From an uncultured Chlamydiales bacterium (GTDB lineage Bacteria > Chlamydiota > Chlamydiia > Chlamydiales > Rhabdochlamydiaceae): a DNA stretch of 64,000 nt. This document shows positions 28,774 through 38,875 of this stretch, piece after piece; positions within the stretch are counted from its first letter, which is position 1; every line of letters begins with the position of its first letter. A program made the position numbers and the translations under genes. The notes under the pieces were generated by a model. It ran no database searches and was not told the DNA's origin. It was given only the letters and a program-made list of their open reading frames with translations. The DNA lies in assembly GCA_963700985.1 (NCBI GenBank), contig OY969554.1:721331-785330 (forward strand), in the 5' to 3' direction.

Positions 28774-29838
28774 GTGAAAGAAGTGATTAGCCAGCCAATT
28801 ATATATTATCGTGATTTTCACAACGACTTCCCAACTGAAAAACTTCCGCAAGGCGTATGGCAAGAGGGGCAACGTATTTTACAGACTGCTCTTCCTCTTT
28901 TAAGCATCCACCGCCCCTTTCGTGACCCTCTGTCGCTTGGCTTGTCTGGTTTGCGTGCCTTAACCAACGCTAGCCAGTTCATTGAAGATATTAAGCAGGG
29001 GGAAATTACCGAAGGCGCTTTCCATTTTCTTCACGCAAGCTTAGCCACCACAGCCGTTGGCCTCAGCTTCTTCAATCCTGTGCTCGCTTCACTTACTTCA
29101 ACCACAAGCGATCTAATCATTCACTCTCGCACTTTCTTTGAGCAGGCTTGTGCAGGCAACATGCAAACCGCCTTGCTTGCGCTCTCTTACCTCACGCTCG
29201 ACCTTCTTTTCCTCGCCTCTTTTTGTTATGGGATGATTGAGATCACCGTAGCCTGCATGCTGCTGCAAATTATTCTCGATCTGCATCAATCCGCAGCACA
29301 TTTCATCAATGGTGATCTTTTTGCAGGTATTTGCCAGGCAACGCTTGCAGGCGCACATATCTATCAAGCTATTCCTCAAATAAGAACGCTGCAATGGACG
29401 TGGGAACAGAATCCAGTTCTGTCGGCTGAACTAAAGCAAGCAGAAAATGGCTTCACCTATCTCGACATTCCTGACGAGTATGTACATAGCCTGTTTAAGT
29501 TGTGCGATGATGCAGGGGTAGAACTTCCCCCTTACTTTGGAGAAGGCCTTGCCGGGGCGCATGTAAGCGCGATTCTTGGCGATGAGATAAGCGCTGCTGG
29601 CTCACCCAAAATCTCTGAGATTGGCCGAAAATTTGATTTCCGCATTGTCAATTGGGATTCACTTAAACCTGCAGGCTGGAATGGCGTCGATAAGGTCTAT
29701 TTCTTAACTTTAAGCTGCCCTGAACTCGAGAGCGTGCGCTCAACTTACGGTTTTTCTCCAAAAATACACCACGATCATGACTTCCATTTGACTTTTGGCA
29801 TCCACAGAGAATCAGCACCTATTCAGGAACTGGCTTAA
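28774..29838 (+). CDS. hypothetical membrane protein: shared N-terminal hydrophobic module + C-terminal 2H-phosphoesterase-like domain
   Basis: N-terminus PIIYYRDFHNDFPTE..QRILQTALPLLSIHRPFRDPLSLGLSGLRAL aligns with the N-terminus of 14684..16801. The C-terminus has two HxS/T motifs 75 aa apart: GAHVSAIL (His codon 29560-29562) and DFHLTFG (29785-29787). Confidence 0.6.
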   Translation: MKEVISQPIIYYRDFHNDFPTEKLPQGVWQEGQRILQTALPLLSIHRPFRDPLSLGLSGLRALTNASQFIEDIKQGEITEGAFHFLHASLATTAVGLSFFNPVLASLTSTTSDLIIHSRTFFEQACAGNMQTALLALSYLTLDLLFLASFCYGMIEITVACMLLQIILDLHQSAAHFINGDLFAGICQATLAGAHIYQAIPQIRTLQWTWEQNPVLSAELKQAENGFTYLDIPDEYVHSLFKLCDDAGVELPPYFGEGLAGAHVSAILGDEISAAGSPKISEIGRKFDFRIVNWDSLKPAGWNGVDKVYFLTLSCPELESVRSTYGFSPKIHHDHDFHLTFGIHRESAPIQELA

Positions 29839-31124
29839 CTAAAGACAGCCTTAACAAACAGCGTACGCGCTTGTGTGTATTTGAAAAAGTCATCGCTGTG
29901 CGCATCAACGCCAGCTGGCGAAGTAAAATAGATACGCACTACAGTCTGATTTACTTTCTCGGCAAGTTGCGCATATCTATCTTTTACAGCTTGAGAAAGT
30001 CGCTCATCATTACTTGCATGAATGAGAACGATTTTTCCTCTTTTGCTTAGATTTAGATCTCGCCATAACTCTTCTACGTTAAAACCGCACTCTTGAGGCC
30101 TGTCTAATAATGTCGATGGGAAGTCGCGACTTTGTAAAGAACGCAAAAGAGGTGTTGCCATAAACCGCGCAAGAGGCTGCGCGCTTATAAAATCTCTACG
30201 AAAGTTGCTAAAACTCTGCTCCGCAAAGAAATTTATGCCTTCGGCATGCAATTTGCTTTTGAGATAAGCAGCAACAGGTTCACCCCCGCAAAAGCCACCG
30301 ACCCAAAGCTGCTCAGGTTTATAAGGCTTTTTACTTTGGAGTTTAGCAAAGACTGCTTCGATATCGAGATAGAAAGCGCCTTCGGAGGGAATTCTGCCAC
30401 GACTCTTCCAGATGCCGCTATTATCAAAAAAGCAGAAATCCATTTTCATGCCCAAATAGAAACCTGCACGTAAACGATCGGTGATGAAGGGCCCGCTAGT
30501 AGATCGGCAATAGAGAATACAGCGAGAGTGCCATTCTTTCTGGGGAATTAAATGGGCCTCATTGTTTGTCACAATCCCATGAAGTGCAAATCCATTAACC
30601 TGCGGAAGAGATATCTCATTCCAACCAAATTTAAGCAGCACGTCTTTTTTAAATTGTTGTCATTGATGCGTGTTCTGGATGTCTTGTGGAGGGATAATGA
30701 CCAAAGCGGGTTTTCCATTGATGAGTATCTCTTCCCACTTTGCACCATAATTTTCCAGAAGCCCTTCAAAATCTCTTGCTTTAAGCGTGAGCATGTGGAC
30801 CGAGCCTCTTCCATCTCGAGGTGTAGCAAAATGCTCTACTCCACCAATAGCTTTAAAAAGCTCAAGAGATCTCTGTGCCCGCGTTTCATCGAACTTAGTT
30901 GGGAAAAGCGTGCGCTGGGAAATTGCCTTATAGAGGTAGACAATCGTACGTTCTAAACAGCCATTTTGCTGCACTGCAAACCGAAATACAGGCACACGTA
31001 AAACGCGTTCGAAAAGAGAATAGAGCGGCTTGGCAAAAGAACCAGTAATGCTGGATACATTAGCGGCTAGAAGAAACTTTTCATCCTCATATACACATGA
31101 CGCACTAGCTGGACGAACTGCCAT
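29835..31124 (-). pseudogene. GxCxG alpha/beta-hydrolase paralog interrupted by an in-frame TGA
   Basis: Track ORFs 30660..31124 and 29835..30641 are in the same frame and together align end-to-end with 31219..32496. The only interruption is a TGA (complement of 30660-30662): ..DIQNTHQ*QQFKKDVLLKFGW versus ..FATQPAWKEFKKNTLLQFGW. Confidence 0.75.
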
Positions 31125-31218
31125 ATTTTAATCTCCAAATTTAGCTTGGGGCATGCTGATCATATTCTAACTTCCCCAACACAATTCAACTGGTTCTAAG
31201 CGTGGCCAAAAAATTGAC

Positions 31219-32496
31219 TTAACTAAAGACAGCCTTAACAAACAGCGTACGCGCTTGTGAGTCTATGAAAAAATCTGCGCTATGCCCATTTATCCCACGA
31301 GGCGGAGTAAAGTAGATGCGCACAACTACTTTATTTACTCTGGCTGCAAGCTCTGCAAATAGCTCTTTTACGGCTGGAGATATAAGCTCATCATGTCGTG
31401 CGTGAATGAGAACGATTTTTCCTTTTTGGCTCTGCTTTAAATCGCGCCATAACCCATCGATATTAAAATTGCACTCGAGTGGCCTATCTACCAATTGACG
31501 TGGGATATCCCGGCTGTACAGAGTGCGTAAAAACCAGGGCATCAAAAAACGTGATAATGGTTTTGGAGCGACAAAATCGCGCTCAAAATTGCTGAAGCCC
31601 TGTTCTGCAAAAAAATTCACGCCACTTGCGTGCAATTTTTTCTTCAGATGTGCGGCAACAGGCGTACCTCCACAAAATCCTCCAATCCAAAGCTGTTCCG
31701 GATTATAGGAGTTTAGGCTTTGAAGCTTTTCATAAACTGCTTCCATATCGAGATAGAACGCAGCTTCAGAAGGCGTACCCTCACTTTTCCAAATACCTCT
31801 ACTCGAAAAAAAGCAGAAATCCTGTTTCAGGCCTAAATAGAAGCCGGCTCTCGGGCGATCGATAATGAAAGGCCCACTGGCAGAGCGGCAATAGAGAAAG
31901 CAGCGCGGGGCCCATGTTCTATAAGGGATTAAATTTGCATCAGAACTTGTGATGATCACGTCAACACAACCACTATCAAAGCGCAGCGTCTGCTCTTTCC
32001 ATCCAAATTGAAGAAGAGTGTTCTTTTTAAACTCTTTCCAGGCGGGCTGCGTGGCAAAAAAATCAGCGGGTGGAACAATAGCCAAAACATGATTTTCCCC
32101 CGTCACGATCTCTTCCCAGCGAGCTCCATAACTCTGCAAAATAGATTCAAAGTCTTTCGCCCTAAGCGTAAGCATATGAACTAAGCCTTTTTCATCTCGA
32201 GGACGCACAAAGCTCTCTACTCCGCCGATATTTTTAAACATTCGGAGGGATCTTTCTGCACGGGATTCATTGAAGCTAAAAGGGAAAAGAGTACGCTTAG
32301 AACAAGCGTTATAAAGCCATACGATGGCACGTTCTAAACAACCGTGATGTACGCCAGCCCGAAATACGGGAATACGAACGATGCGTTCAAAAATTGAATA
32401 GAGAGATCCTGCAGGAGGAGCACTTGCGAGATTCGCCTCAGGAAAACCATTTTTAGTCTCAGATCTAAAACTTCCAGTGAGCTCTCTTACAGCCAT
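31219..32496 (-). CDS. alpha/beta-hydrolase fold protein with Cys nucleophile elbow (GFCGG), intact paralog
   Basis: 425 aa. LWIGGFCGGTPVAAHL (GxCxG, as in dienelactone hydrolase / PHA synthase boxes), IVLIHARHDEL (Asp) and INGHSADFF (His). Confidence 0.6.
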   Translation of the reverse strand: MAVRELTGSFRSETKNGFPEANLASAPPAGSLYSIFERIVRIPVFRAGVHHGCLERAIVWLYNACSKRTLFPFSFNESRAERSLRMFKNIGGVESFVRPRDEKGLVHMLTLRAKDFESILQSYGARWEEIVTGENHVLAIVPPADFFATQPAWKEFKKNTLLQFGWKEQTLRFDSGCVDVIITSSDANLIPYRTWAPRCFLYCRSASGPFIIDRPRAGFYLGLKQDFCFFSSRGIWKSEGTPSEAAFYLDMEAVYEKLQSLNSYNPEQLWIGGFCGGTPVAAHLKKKLHASGVNFFAEQGFSNFERDFVAPKPLSRFLMPWFLRTLYSRDIPRQLVDRPLECNFNIDGLWRDLKQSQKGKIVLIHARHDELISPAVKELFAELAARVNKVVVRIYFTPPRGINGHSADFFIDSQARTLFVKAVFS

Positions 32497-32598
32497 ACAT
32501 AACCCTCAAGTTAAACAGGAGTATCAAATCGAGAGCCACGAGTATAACCTGCCTCTATAAAATTCCAAATCTTTTTAGAGATGTCTACAAACTAGAGC

Positions 32599-33117
32599 TT
32601 ATCGAGATAACAAGGATGGGTTCAAAGATTGGAAACCCGTATCGCGCAAGGTTTTCTGAAATTCCTTAATCAAAGCATATTCTTGAAATTCCCTCTCACG
32701 AGCTTTGAATGCCGCGTGGTGGATCTTCCGTTTTTGCCATCTCTCTTTTATGGGAGGAAGCACGTGGTGTAGCATTTCATGATAAACGACATAGGAGAGC
32801 ACGTGATGCGGAACATGCGCTTGGTCGAGCAAGCGGTGGATCTTGATTAGCTGGCTATGCTGGTTATAGGTGCCCAGAGTAAGGCGCCGCTTGGGCACCG
32901 ACTTTTTGCTTCCAAACCAGGTAATAGAAAGGTCTAGCTTATTTTCAAAATAGTGCGCATTGACGCTTTGATAGATCTCATTTAAGTTGTAATGCTCACC
33001 CAGGTGTTTTAACGTTCTCGTAGGCCTTCGTGCTTTCGACCGTCTTATCTTGGCAGCTGCCTTGGGTTTATATAAGCGATAGAGGCGGCCTAAAAATGTG
33101 GAAATTTCTTTGTTCAT
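32599..33117 (-). CDS. SprT/DUF45-like zinc metallopeptidase
   Basis: ITWFGSKKS...LGTYN...IKIHRLL...VVYHEMLHHV (HExxH) in a 172-aa basic protein. Confidence 0.55.
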   Translation of the reverse strand: MNKEISTFLGRLYRLYKPKAAAKIRRSKARRPTRTLKHLGEHYNLNEIYQSVNAHYFENKLDLSITWFGSKKSVPKRRLTLGTYNQHSQLIKIHRLLDQAHVPHHVLSYVVYHEMLHHVLPPIKERWQKRKIHHAAFKAREREFQEYALIKEFQKTLRDTGFQSLNPSLLSR

Positions 33118-33180
33118 CTAAAAGAGGTCTATTGAAAAATTTCTTGATAACTGAAATGATACATTGTTAAGGGAATAATA

Positions 33181-33957
33181 ATGAAAAAGCACTTTCTTCT
33201 ACTTACTTTATTTGCTCTAACTTGTACCCAAAGCGCTTTTTCTATTTCCATCTCATATGATGATGCCAAAAAAATTGCTGAGAAGGTCTGGCAGAACGAA
33301 TGCCGAGGCTCCATGGAAGGCCTCACCAACTGGAAAAAAGGTGAAAATTTTGCTTCTCTTGGCATCGGGCATTTTATCTGGTATCAGCCTGGTAAAAAAG
33401 AACGCTTCCAAGAGACCTTCCCTGAGCTATTAAAATTTCTGCAAGCAGAAGGTATAGTATTACCTGCCTGGTTGAAAAAAGCCCAAGGGTGTCCTTGGAG
33501 CTCACGCGAAGAGTTCTATCTGAATGTTAAAAGCAGCGACATGGCCGCCCTGCGGCAGCTACTCTTTGACACCAAAGATCTGCAAGCTATCTTTCTCGCC
33601 AGACGACTTGAAGCATTTCTCCCCAAGATGATCGGACATCTCTCCGAAGAAGAAAGAGATAAATTAACCGCTACTTTCAATCGGTTAGCAAGTGATCATA
33701 AAGGGTTATATGCGCTGATAGACTATTTAAACTTTAAAGGAGCTGGCACCTCTCCAGATGAGAAATATAAAGGTCAGGGATGGGGGCTTCTTCAAGTGTT
33801 GGAACGCATTCCTCCTAATTCCAAAGATCCTGTCTTAGATTTTGTAGAAAATGCTCGGATTCTACTTATGCTAAGAGTGCAAAACTCCCCTCCTGAAAGA
33901 AATGAGCAGCAATGGCTCAAGGGCTGGCTAAATCGGCTCAACACCTATTTGAAGTAG
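33181..33957 (+). CDS. hypothetical secreted protein
   Basis: Signal peptide MKKHFLLLTLFALTCTQSAFS. No confident family. Confidence 0.5.
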   Translation: MKKHFLLLTLFALTCTQSAFSISISYDDAKKIAEKVWQNECRGSMEGLTNWKKGENFASLGIGHFIWYQPGKKERFQETFPELLKFLQAEGIVLPAWLKKAQGCPWSSREEFYLNVKSSDMAALRQLLFDTKDLQAIFLARRLEAFLPKMIGHLSEEERDKLTATFNRLASDHKGLYALIDYLNFKGAGTSPDEKYKGQGWGLLQVLERIPPNSKDPVLDFVENARILLMLRVQNSPPERNEQQWLKGWLNRLNTYLK

Positions 33958-34040
33958 ACGCCCTCTCAAAAAAATTCATTGAAACTTTTTCCTTCGGAAG
34001 ACTATGCATATAGATTCTTATCCAAGGATATCTACTTCTT

Positions 34041-34889
34041 ATGAAGCGCATTCTCATTACAATCCTCGCTATCATCCTTCTCGCTGCGCTTATTGGAAGT
34101 GCCGTATATTTTTTTCGTCCTAAGAAAAACCCCAATGAGCTTTGGCTTTATGGCAACGTTGATGTAAGACAGGTCGATATCGGATTTCGCGTAGCTGGGC
34201 GTGTAGACCAGCTCTTTTTCGAAGAAGGTGACTATGTCACTACCGGTCAACTTTTAGCAGTGCTAGATAAAACTCCTTACGACAGTCAAGTGCGTGAGGC
34301 TGTGGCTAACTTAGAATCCGCTAAAGCGAGCTTTGAGAATGCTGAAATTCTGTGGAAAAGAAGACAAGAGTTAATTGGTGTGGGCGGCGTATCGCAAGAA
34401 GATCTCGACAATGCCACAGCTACACGCAATGAGCAGTTGGCAAATCTGCTTCAGTTTAAAGCAGCTCTCGGTGTGGCGCTGGATAACATGGCTTACACAG
34501 AAGTTTTTGCCCCAACAGAAGGGGTAATCCTCACACGCATTCGCGAACCGGGAACTGTGGTCAATCCCGCGGATCCAGTTTATACTCTTTCCGTCTCCTC
34601 TCCTGTATGGATTCGTGCCTTTGTGGATGAACCTCACCTCGGAGACGTCTACTATGGCATGACGGCTGAGGTTTTCACAGACACAAAGGGTGCACCAAGC
34701 TACACCGGAAAAGTGGGTTTTATTTCGCCTGTTTCGGAATTTACACCTAAAACCGTTGAAACAACTCAACTACGTACTGATCTGGTCTATCGCCTACGTA
34801 TCTACGTCGATAATCCCGATAGAATTCTCAAACAAGGCATGCCAGTTACGGTTAAACTTCACATCGATACCAATCGTGAGAGAAAGTGA
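34041..34889 (+). CDS. HlyD-family membrane fusion protein (YbhG-like)
   Basis: N-terminal TM, lipoyl/coiled-coil/beta-barrel pattern (GRVDQLFFEEGDYVTTGQLLAVLD ... GMPVTVKL). First gene of the efflux operon. Confidence 0.85.
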   Translation: MKRILITILAIILLAALIGSAVYFFRPKKNPNELWLYGNVDVRQVDIGFRVAGRVDQLFFEEGDYVTTGQLLAVLDKTPYDSQVREAVANLESAKASFENAEILWKRRQELIGVGGVSQEDLDNATATRNEQLANLLQFKAALGVALDNMAYTEVFAPTEGVILTRIREPGTVVNPADPVYTLSVSSPVWIRAFVDEPHLGDVYYGMTAEVFTDTKGAPSYTGKVGFISPVSEFTPKTVETTQLRTDLVYRLRIYVDNPDRILKQGMPVTVKLHIDTNRERK

Positions 34890-36619
34890 GCGAAGTCTTA
34901 GTCAAAATCGAGCACCTCACCAAAGTTTTCAACCCTGGGGCTCCTCCGGCATTAAAAGACATTAATGCGGTTATTCCCAAAGGTGAAATCGTCGGTCTTG
35001 TGGGCCCCGATGGAGCAGGAAAAACCACCTTAATTCGTCTTATTGCAGGACTTCTTCTCCCCACCCAAGGGCACATTAGCGTCGATGGTCATGATACGAT
35101 CCAAGATGCCGAGTTTGTGCACTCTTTAACGGGTTACATGCCACAGAAATTCGGCCTTTATGAAGATCTAACAGTTATCGAAAATCTCAACCTTTATGCG
35201 GACTTAAAAGGCGTCTTGGGCGAACAAAGAAAAGCTACTTTTGAAAAACTGCTTAAATTCACAGGCCTTGAGCCTTTTACAAATCGCTTAGCCGGCGACC
35301 TTTCTGGGGGCATGAAACAGAAGCTAGGCTTAGCCTGCGCCCTGGTCAAAACGCCAACGTTACTTCTTTTAGATGAACCAAGCGTGGGTGTTGACCCTCT
35401 TTCAAGGCGTGAACTCTGGAAGATGGTGTATGATCTATTAAAAGACGGCATCTCGGTACTTTGGAGCACAGCCTATTTAGACGAAGCAGAGCGTTGTAAC
35501 ACCGTGCTGCTGCTGCACCAAGGCGAGCTGCTTTACAATGGCAAGCCTCAAGACCTAACTCAAAAGGTGAAAGATCGCGTTTTTAAAATCTCCAATATCG
35601 AAGGTAACCGCCGCGCACTGCTAGTTCAGGCGCTTCACCAAAAGAATGTCATCGACGGGGTGATTCAAGGCAGAGATGTGCGCATTGTCACCAAAGAGCC
35701 AGGATCCTCGGTTGAAATGAGTCAGTTCAGCAGTGCCGGCACAAAGCTACAAATCTTGCCTACGGCGCCGCGATTTGAAGATGCGTTTGTCGATATTTTA
35801 GGCGGAGGCCCGGGCGGCGACTCTGTGCTGGGAAACTTAACCCCTATGGTTAAAAACAAGTCTGAAAATGTGGTCGTAGCTGACGGGCTGACCAAAAAGT
35901 TTGGCTCATTCACTGCGGCTGATCACATTACATTCACCATCCCCAAGGGCGAAATTTTTGGGCTGCTCGGGCCTAATGGCGCGGGTAAATCGACCACCTT
36001 CAAAATGCTCTGTGGGCTGCTTCGCCCCACAGAAGGCAAAGCTTCAGTAAATGGCCTAGATTTTCAAGCCGCGCCCGGAGAAGCCAGATCGCACATTGGC
36101 TATATGGCGCAAAAATTCTCCCTCTACGGAATTTTAAGCGTGCGTCAAAATCTGGATTTTTTTGCAGGGATATACAACTTAAGCGGTAGTCAAAAAAGTA
36201 AAGCTATCGATGAGATGATCCGCGCATTTAATTTAGAGCCCTACTTAAATACCACGGCCAATTTATTACCACTTGGCTTCAAACAGCGCCTTGCACTGGC
36301 CTGCGCTACCATGCACCATCCTGAAGTATTATTTCTCGATGAACCTACTTCTGGAGTCGATCCAATTACTCGCCGTGAATTTTGGAATCATATCAACGGG
36401 CTAGTAGAAAAAGGTGTAACTGTGATGGTTACCACTCATTTTATGGATGAAGCAGAATATTGCGATCGCATTGCACTTATTTACCGAGGAAAAGTGATCC
36501 ATATTGGCGCGCCGGATGCCTTAAAAGAGATCGCTAAATCTGAGCAGCTGCCAAATCCGACATTAGAAGATGCTTTTATAAAACTTATAGAAGAGTATGA
36601 CGCAAAAAACCCAAGCTGA
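34886..36619 (+). CDS. ABC transporter ATP-binding protein with two fused ATPase domains (YbhF-like)
   Basis: Two Walker A motifs (GPDGAGKTT, GPNGAGKST), two signatures (LSGGMKQKL and a degenerate LPLGFKQRL) and two Walker B motifs (LLLLDEPS, VLFLDEPT). Confidence 0.9.
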   Translation: MSEVLVKIEHLTKVFNPGAPPALKDINAVIPKGEIVGLVGPDGAGKTTLIRLIAGLLLPTQGHISVDGHDTIQDAEFVHSLTGYMPQKFGLYEDLTVIENLNLYADLKGVLGEQRKATFEKLLKFTGLEPFTNRLAGDLSGGMKQKLGLACALVKTPTLLLLDEPSVGVDPLSRRELWKMVYDLLKDGISVLWSTAYLDEAERCNTVLLLHQGELLYNGKPQDLTQKVKDRVFKISNIEGNRRALLVQALHQKNVIDGVIQGRDVRIVTKEPGSSVEMSQFSSAGTKLQILPTAPRFEDAFVDILGGGPGGDSVLGNLTPMVKNKSENVVVADGLTKKFGSFTAADHITFTIPKGEIFGLLGPNGAGKSTTFKMLCGLLRPTEGKASVNGLDFQAAPGEARSHIGYMAQKFSLYGILSVRQNLDFFAGIYNLSGSQKSKAIDEMIRAFNLEPYLNTTANLLPLGFKQRLALACATMHHPEVLFLDEPTSGVDPITRREFWNHINGLVEKGVTVMVTTHFMDEAEYCDRIALIYRGKVIHIGAPDALKEIAKSEQLPNPTLEDAFIKLIEEYDAKNPS

Positions 36620-37763
36620 AGATCTTAAGACGGAAAGGCGTCAAGGTAGATTGCGCAGGTTAAAGGCGCTCATTACCAAAGAGACTTTCCAGATTGTACG
36701 CGATCCTAGCACCATTTTAATTAGTGTATTTTTGCCACTTCTTTTGATGTTTTTATATGGATATGGGGTCTCTTTAGATTTAGACCATCTTAGAATCGGG
36801 CTTGTTTTAGAAGATACAGCACCTGATGCTCAGCGTTTTGCTGCGTCTTTAACAAATTCACCGTATTTCGATGTAAAGACGGTGCGTGATCGCAGAGAAC
36901 TCATCGACGATCTTATGAGTGGCGCTATCCGCGGCTTTGTCGTTGTGCCCTCCTACTTCTCGCAGTTTAGAGAACGTCCTAACGTTATCGCTCCTATTCA
37001 AGTCATCGCAGATGGCAGCGAAGCGAACACAGCTAATTTTGTGCAATATTATGTACAAGGCGCCTTTCAGACTTGGTTGCAACAAGAAGCGATCAGCTAT
37101 AACTTAACGGGCCTTCCTTTAATTAATGTGCAGTCACGCTTCTGGTATAATGAACAGCTGGAGAGCCGCTTTTTTCTTCTTTCTGGCTCACTAGCTATCA
37201 TCATGACACTCATCGGGACTCTTTTAACTGCGCTTGTCGTTTCTCGTGAATGGGAAAGAGGCACCATGGAAGCCTTGATGTCTACCACCGTGGGCGCAGC
37301 AGAACTCGTAATCGGCAAGGTGATTCCCTATTTTATCCTCGGAATGCTTTCCATGACGATCTGCGTACTAGTTTCTGTTTTTGTTTACGGCTTGCCTTTA
37401 GAAGGTTCATTTCTGCTTCTTGGGCTTGTCTCTGCTGTATTCCTCTTTTGTGCACTGGGATTGGGCCTGATGATCTCTACTCTTTGCCGCAGCCAGATTG
37501 TCGCCTCTCAGATCGCAATCGTTACAGGTTTTTTGCCCGCATACATCCTTTCTGGATTTCTCTTTGAGATCGATAGTATGCCCGTGCCAATTCAGATTCT
37601 AACTTACATCATTCCTGCAAAATACTTCGTGCAATGCTTGCAGGCGCTTTTTCTGGTGGGCAACGTGTGGCGATTGATCTTGTTGAATATGATCCCGATG
37701 CTCTTAATCGGTTCGGTGTTTTTCCTGATTACGGCACGCAAAACAGTTAAACGGCTAGACTAA
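36597..37763 (+). CDS. ABC-2 type transporter permease (YbhS-like)
   Basis: 388 aa. N-terminal TM, large periplasmic loop, five C-terminal TMs. The start overlaps the ATPase gene. Confidence 0.85.
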   Translation: MTQKTQAEDLKTERRQGRLRRLKALITKETFQIVRDPSTILISVFLPLLLMFLYGYGVSLDLDHLRIGLVLEDTAPDAQRFAASLTNSPYFDVKTVRDRRELIDDLMSGAIRGFVVVPSYFSQFRERPNVIAPIQVIADGSEANTANFVQYYVQGAFQTWLQQEAISYNLTGLPLINVQSRFWYNEQLESRFFLLSGSLAIIMTLIGTLLTALVVSREWERGTMEALMSTTVGAAELVIGKVIPYFILGMLSMTICVLVSVFVYGLPLEGSFLLLGLVSAVFLFCALGLGLMISTLCRSQIVASQIAIVTGFLPAYILSGFLFEIDSMPVPIQILTYIIPAKYFVQCLQALFLVGNVWRLILLNMIPMLLIGSVFFLITARKTVKRLD

Positions 37764-37765
37764 CT

Positions 37766-38875
37766 ATGTTAAACCGCATTTTATCACTGATCTGGAAAGA
37801 GCTGCTGGCCGCCTTTCGCGATCCGCGCAGTCGCGTCTCAATTCTCATGCCTCCGCTGATTCAATTACTAATTTTCACCTATGCTGCCACCTTAGATGTT
37901 AAAAATGTGCCCATCGGCATTCTAAATCGCGATAATGGAGAACAAGCCTTCGAACTGCTTGAGCGCTTTCACGGCGCGCCAATTTTTACGAAAATCATCT
38001 ACTTAAAAGGGGTCGAAGAGATCGCGCCTTTTATGGACAACCAGAAAGGTGTAATGATTGTTTCGATCGATGAACAGTTTTCACGTAATCTCGACGCACG
38101 TAAACCTACAGATATCCAACTGATCTTCGATGGAAGAAAATCGAATACTTGCCAGATTTTAGCTGGTTATACAGGTCAAATCATCGATCAATTTTATCAA
38201 GATTTTGCAACTAGGACCGAGATTAAACAGCAGAATACACAGTTATTTCCTCGGATGTGGTTTAATCCAAACATCCTCTATTACTGGTATAACATCTCAT
38301 CTCTGGTGAGCACACTCACCATGATCGCCTGCTTGGTTGTCACAACACAATCGGTAGCTCGTGAAAGAGAGCTGGGGACGTTTGATCAGCTTCTTGTATC
38401 GCCTCTTGTGCCCATCGAAATCCTCATCGGTAAAATTGTTCCCGGGATCATCGTGGGAATGGCCGAAGGAACGCTTCTATTAGCTGTAGGCACGCTGCTC
38501 ATGGGTGTGCCCTTCACAGGATCATTGGCGCTTTTCTTTTTAAGCCAGTTTGTATTTGTTGCAGCTATTAGCGGCGTGGGTTTGTTTATCTCCTCTCTAT
38601 GCTCAACTCAGCAACAAGCTACGCTCGGCACCTTCATCTTTATGATGCCCGCAGTATTGCTTTCAGGTTACGCTACACCCATTGAAAATATGCCCACCTG
38701 GCTGCAACCCGTGACCTATATCATCCCTTTGCGCTATATGTTGATTATCACCAAGGGGCTATTCCTCAAAGCACTGCCCGCTAAAGTCGTGCTGAGCAAC
38801 ATTTGGCCTATGATCGTCATCGCATTTTTTACCCTTGTAGGTGCAGGTGTGTTTTTCCGCAGGAGGCTAGAGTGA
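37766..38875 (+). CDS. ABC-2 type transporter permease (YbhR-like)
   Basis: 369 aa with the same topology as the preceding permease. Confidence 0.85.
   Translation: MLNRILSLIWKELLAAFRDPRSRVSILMPPLIQLLIFTYAATLDVKNVPIGILNRDNGEQAFELLERFHGAPIFTKIIYLKGVEEIAPFMDNQKGVMIVSIDEQFSRNLDARKPTDIQLIFDGRKSNTCQILAGYTGQIIDQFYQDFATRTEIKQQNTQLFPRMWFNPNILYYWYNISSLVSTLTMIACLVVTTQSVARERELGTFDQLLVSPLVPIEILIGKIVPGIIVGMAEGTLLLAVGTLLMGVPFTGSLALFFLSQFVFVAAISGVGLFISSLCSTQQQATLGTFIFMMPAVLLSGYATPIENMPTWLQPVTYIIPLRYMLIITKGLFLKALPAKVVLSNIWPMIVIAFFTLVGAGVFFRRRLE

Noticed and set aside
30660-30662. The in-frame TGA as recoding (Trp or selenocysteine) rather than a nonsense mutation
   Set aside because: TGA clearly terminates other conserved genes here (for example the HlyD-like and YbhR-like genes and the GIY-YIG gene). 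I saw no selenoprotein context or obvious SECIS-like hairpin immediately downstream. Read-through cannot be excluded without data.
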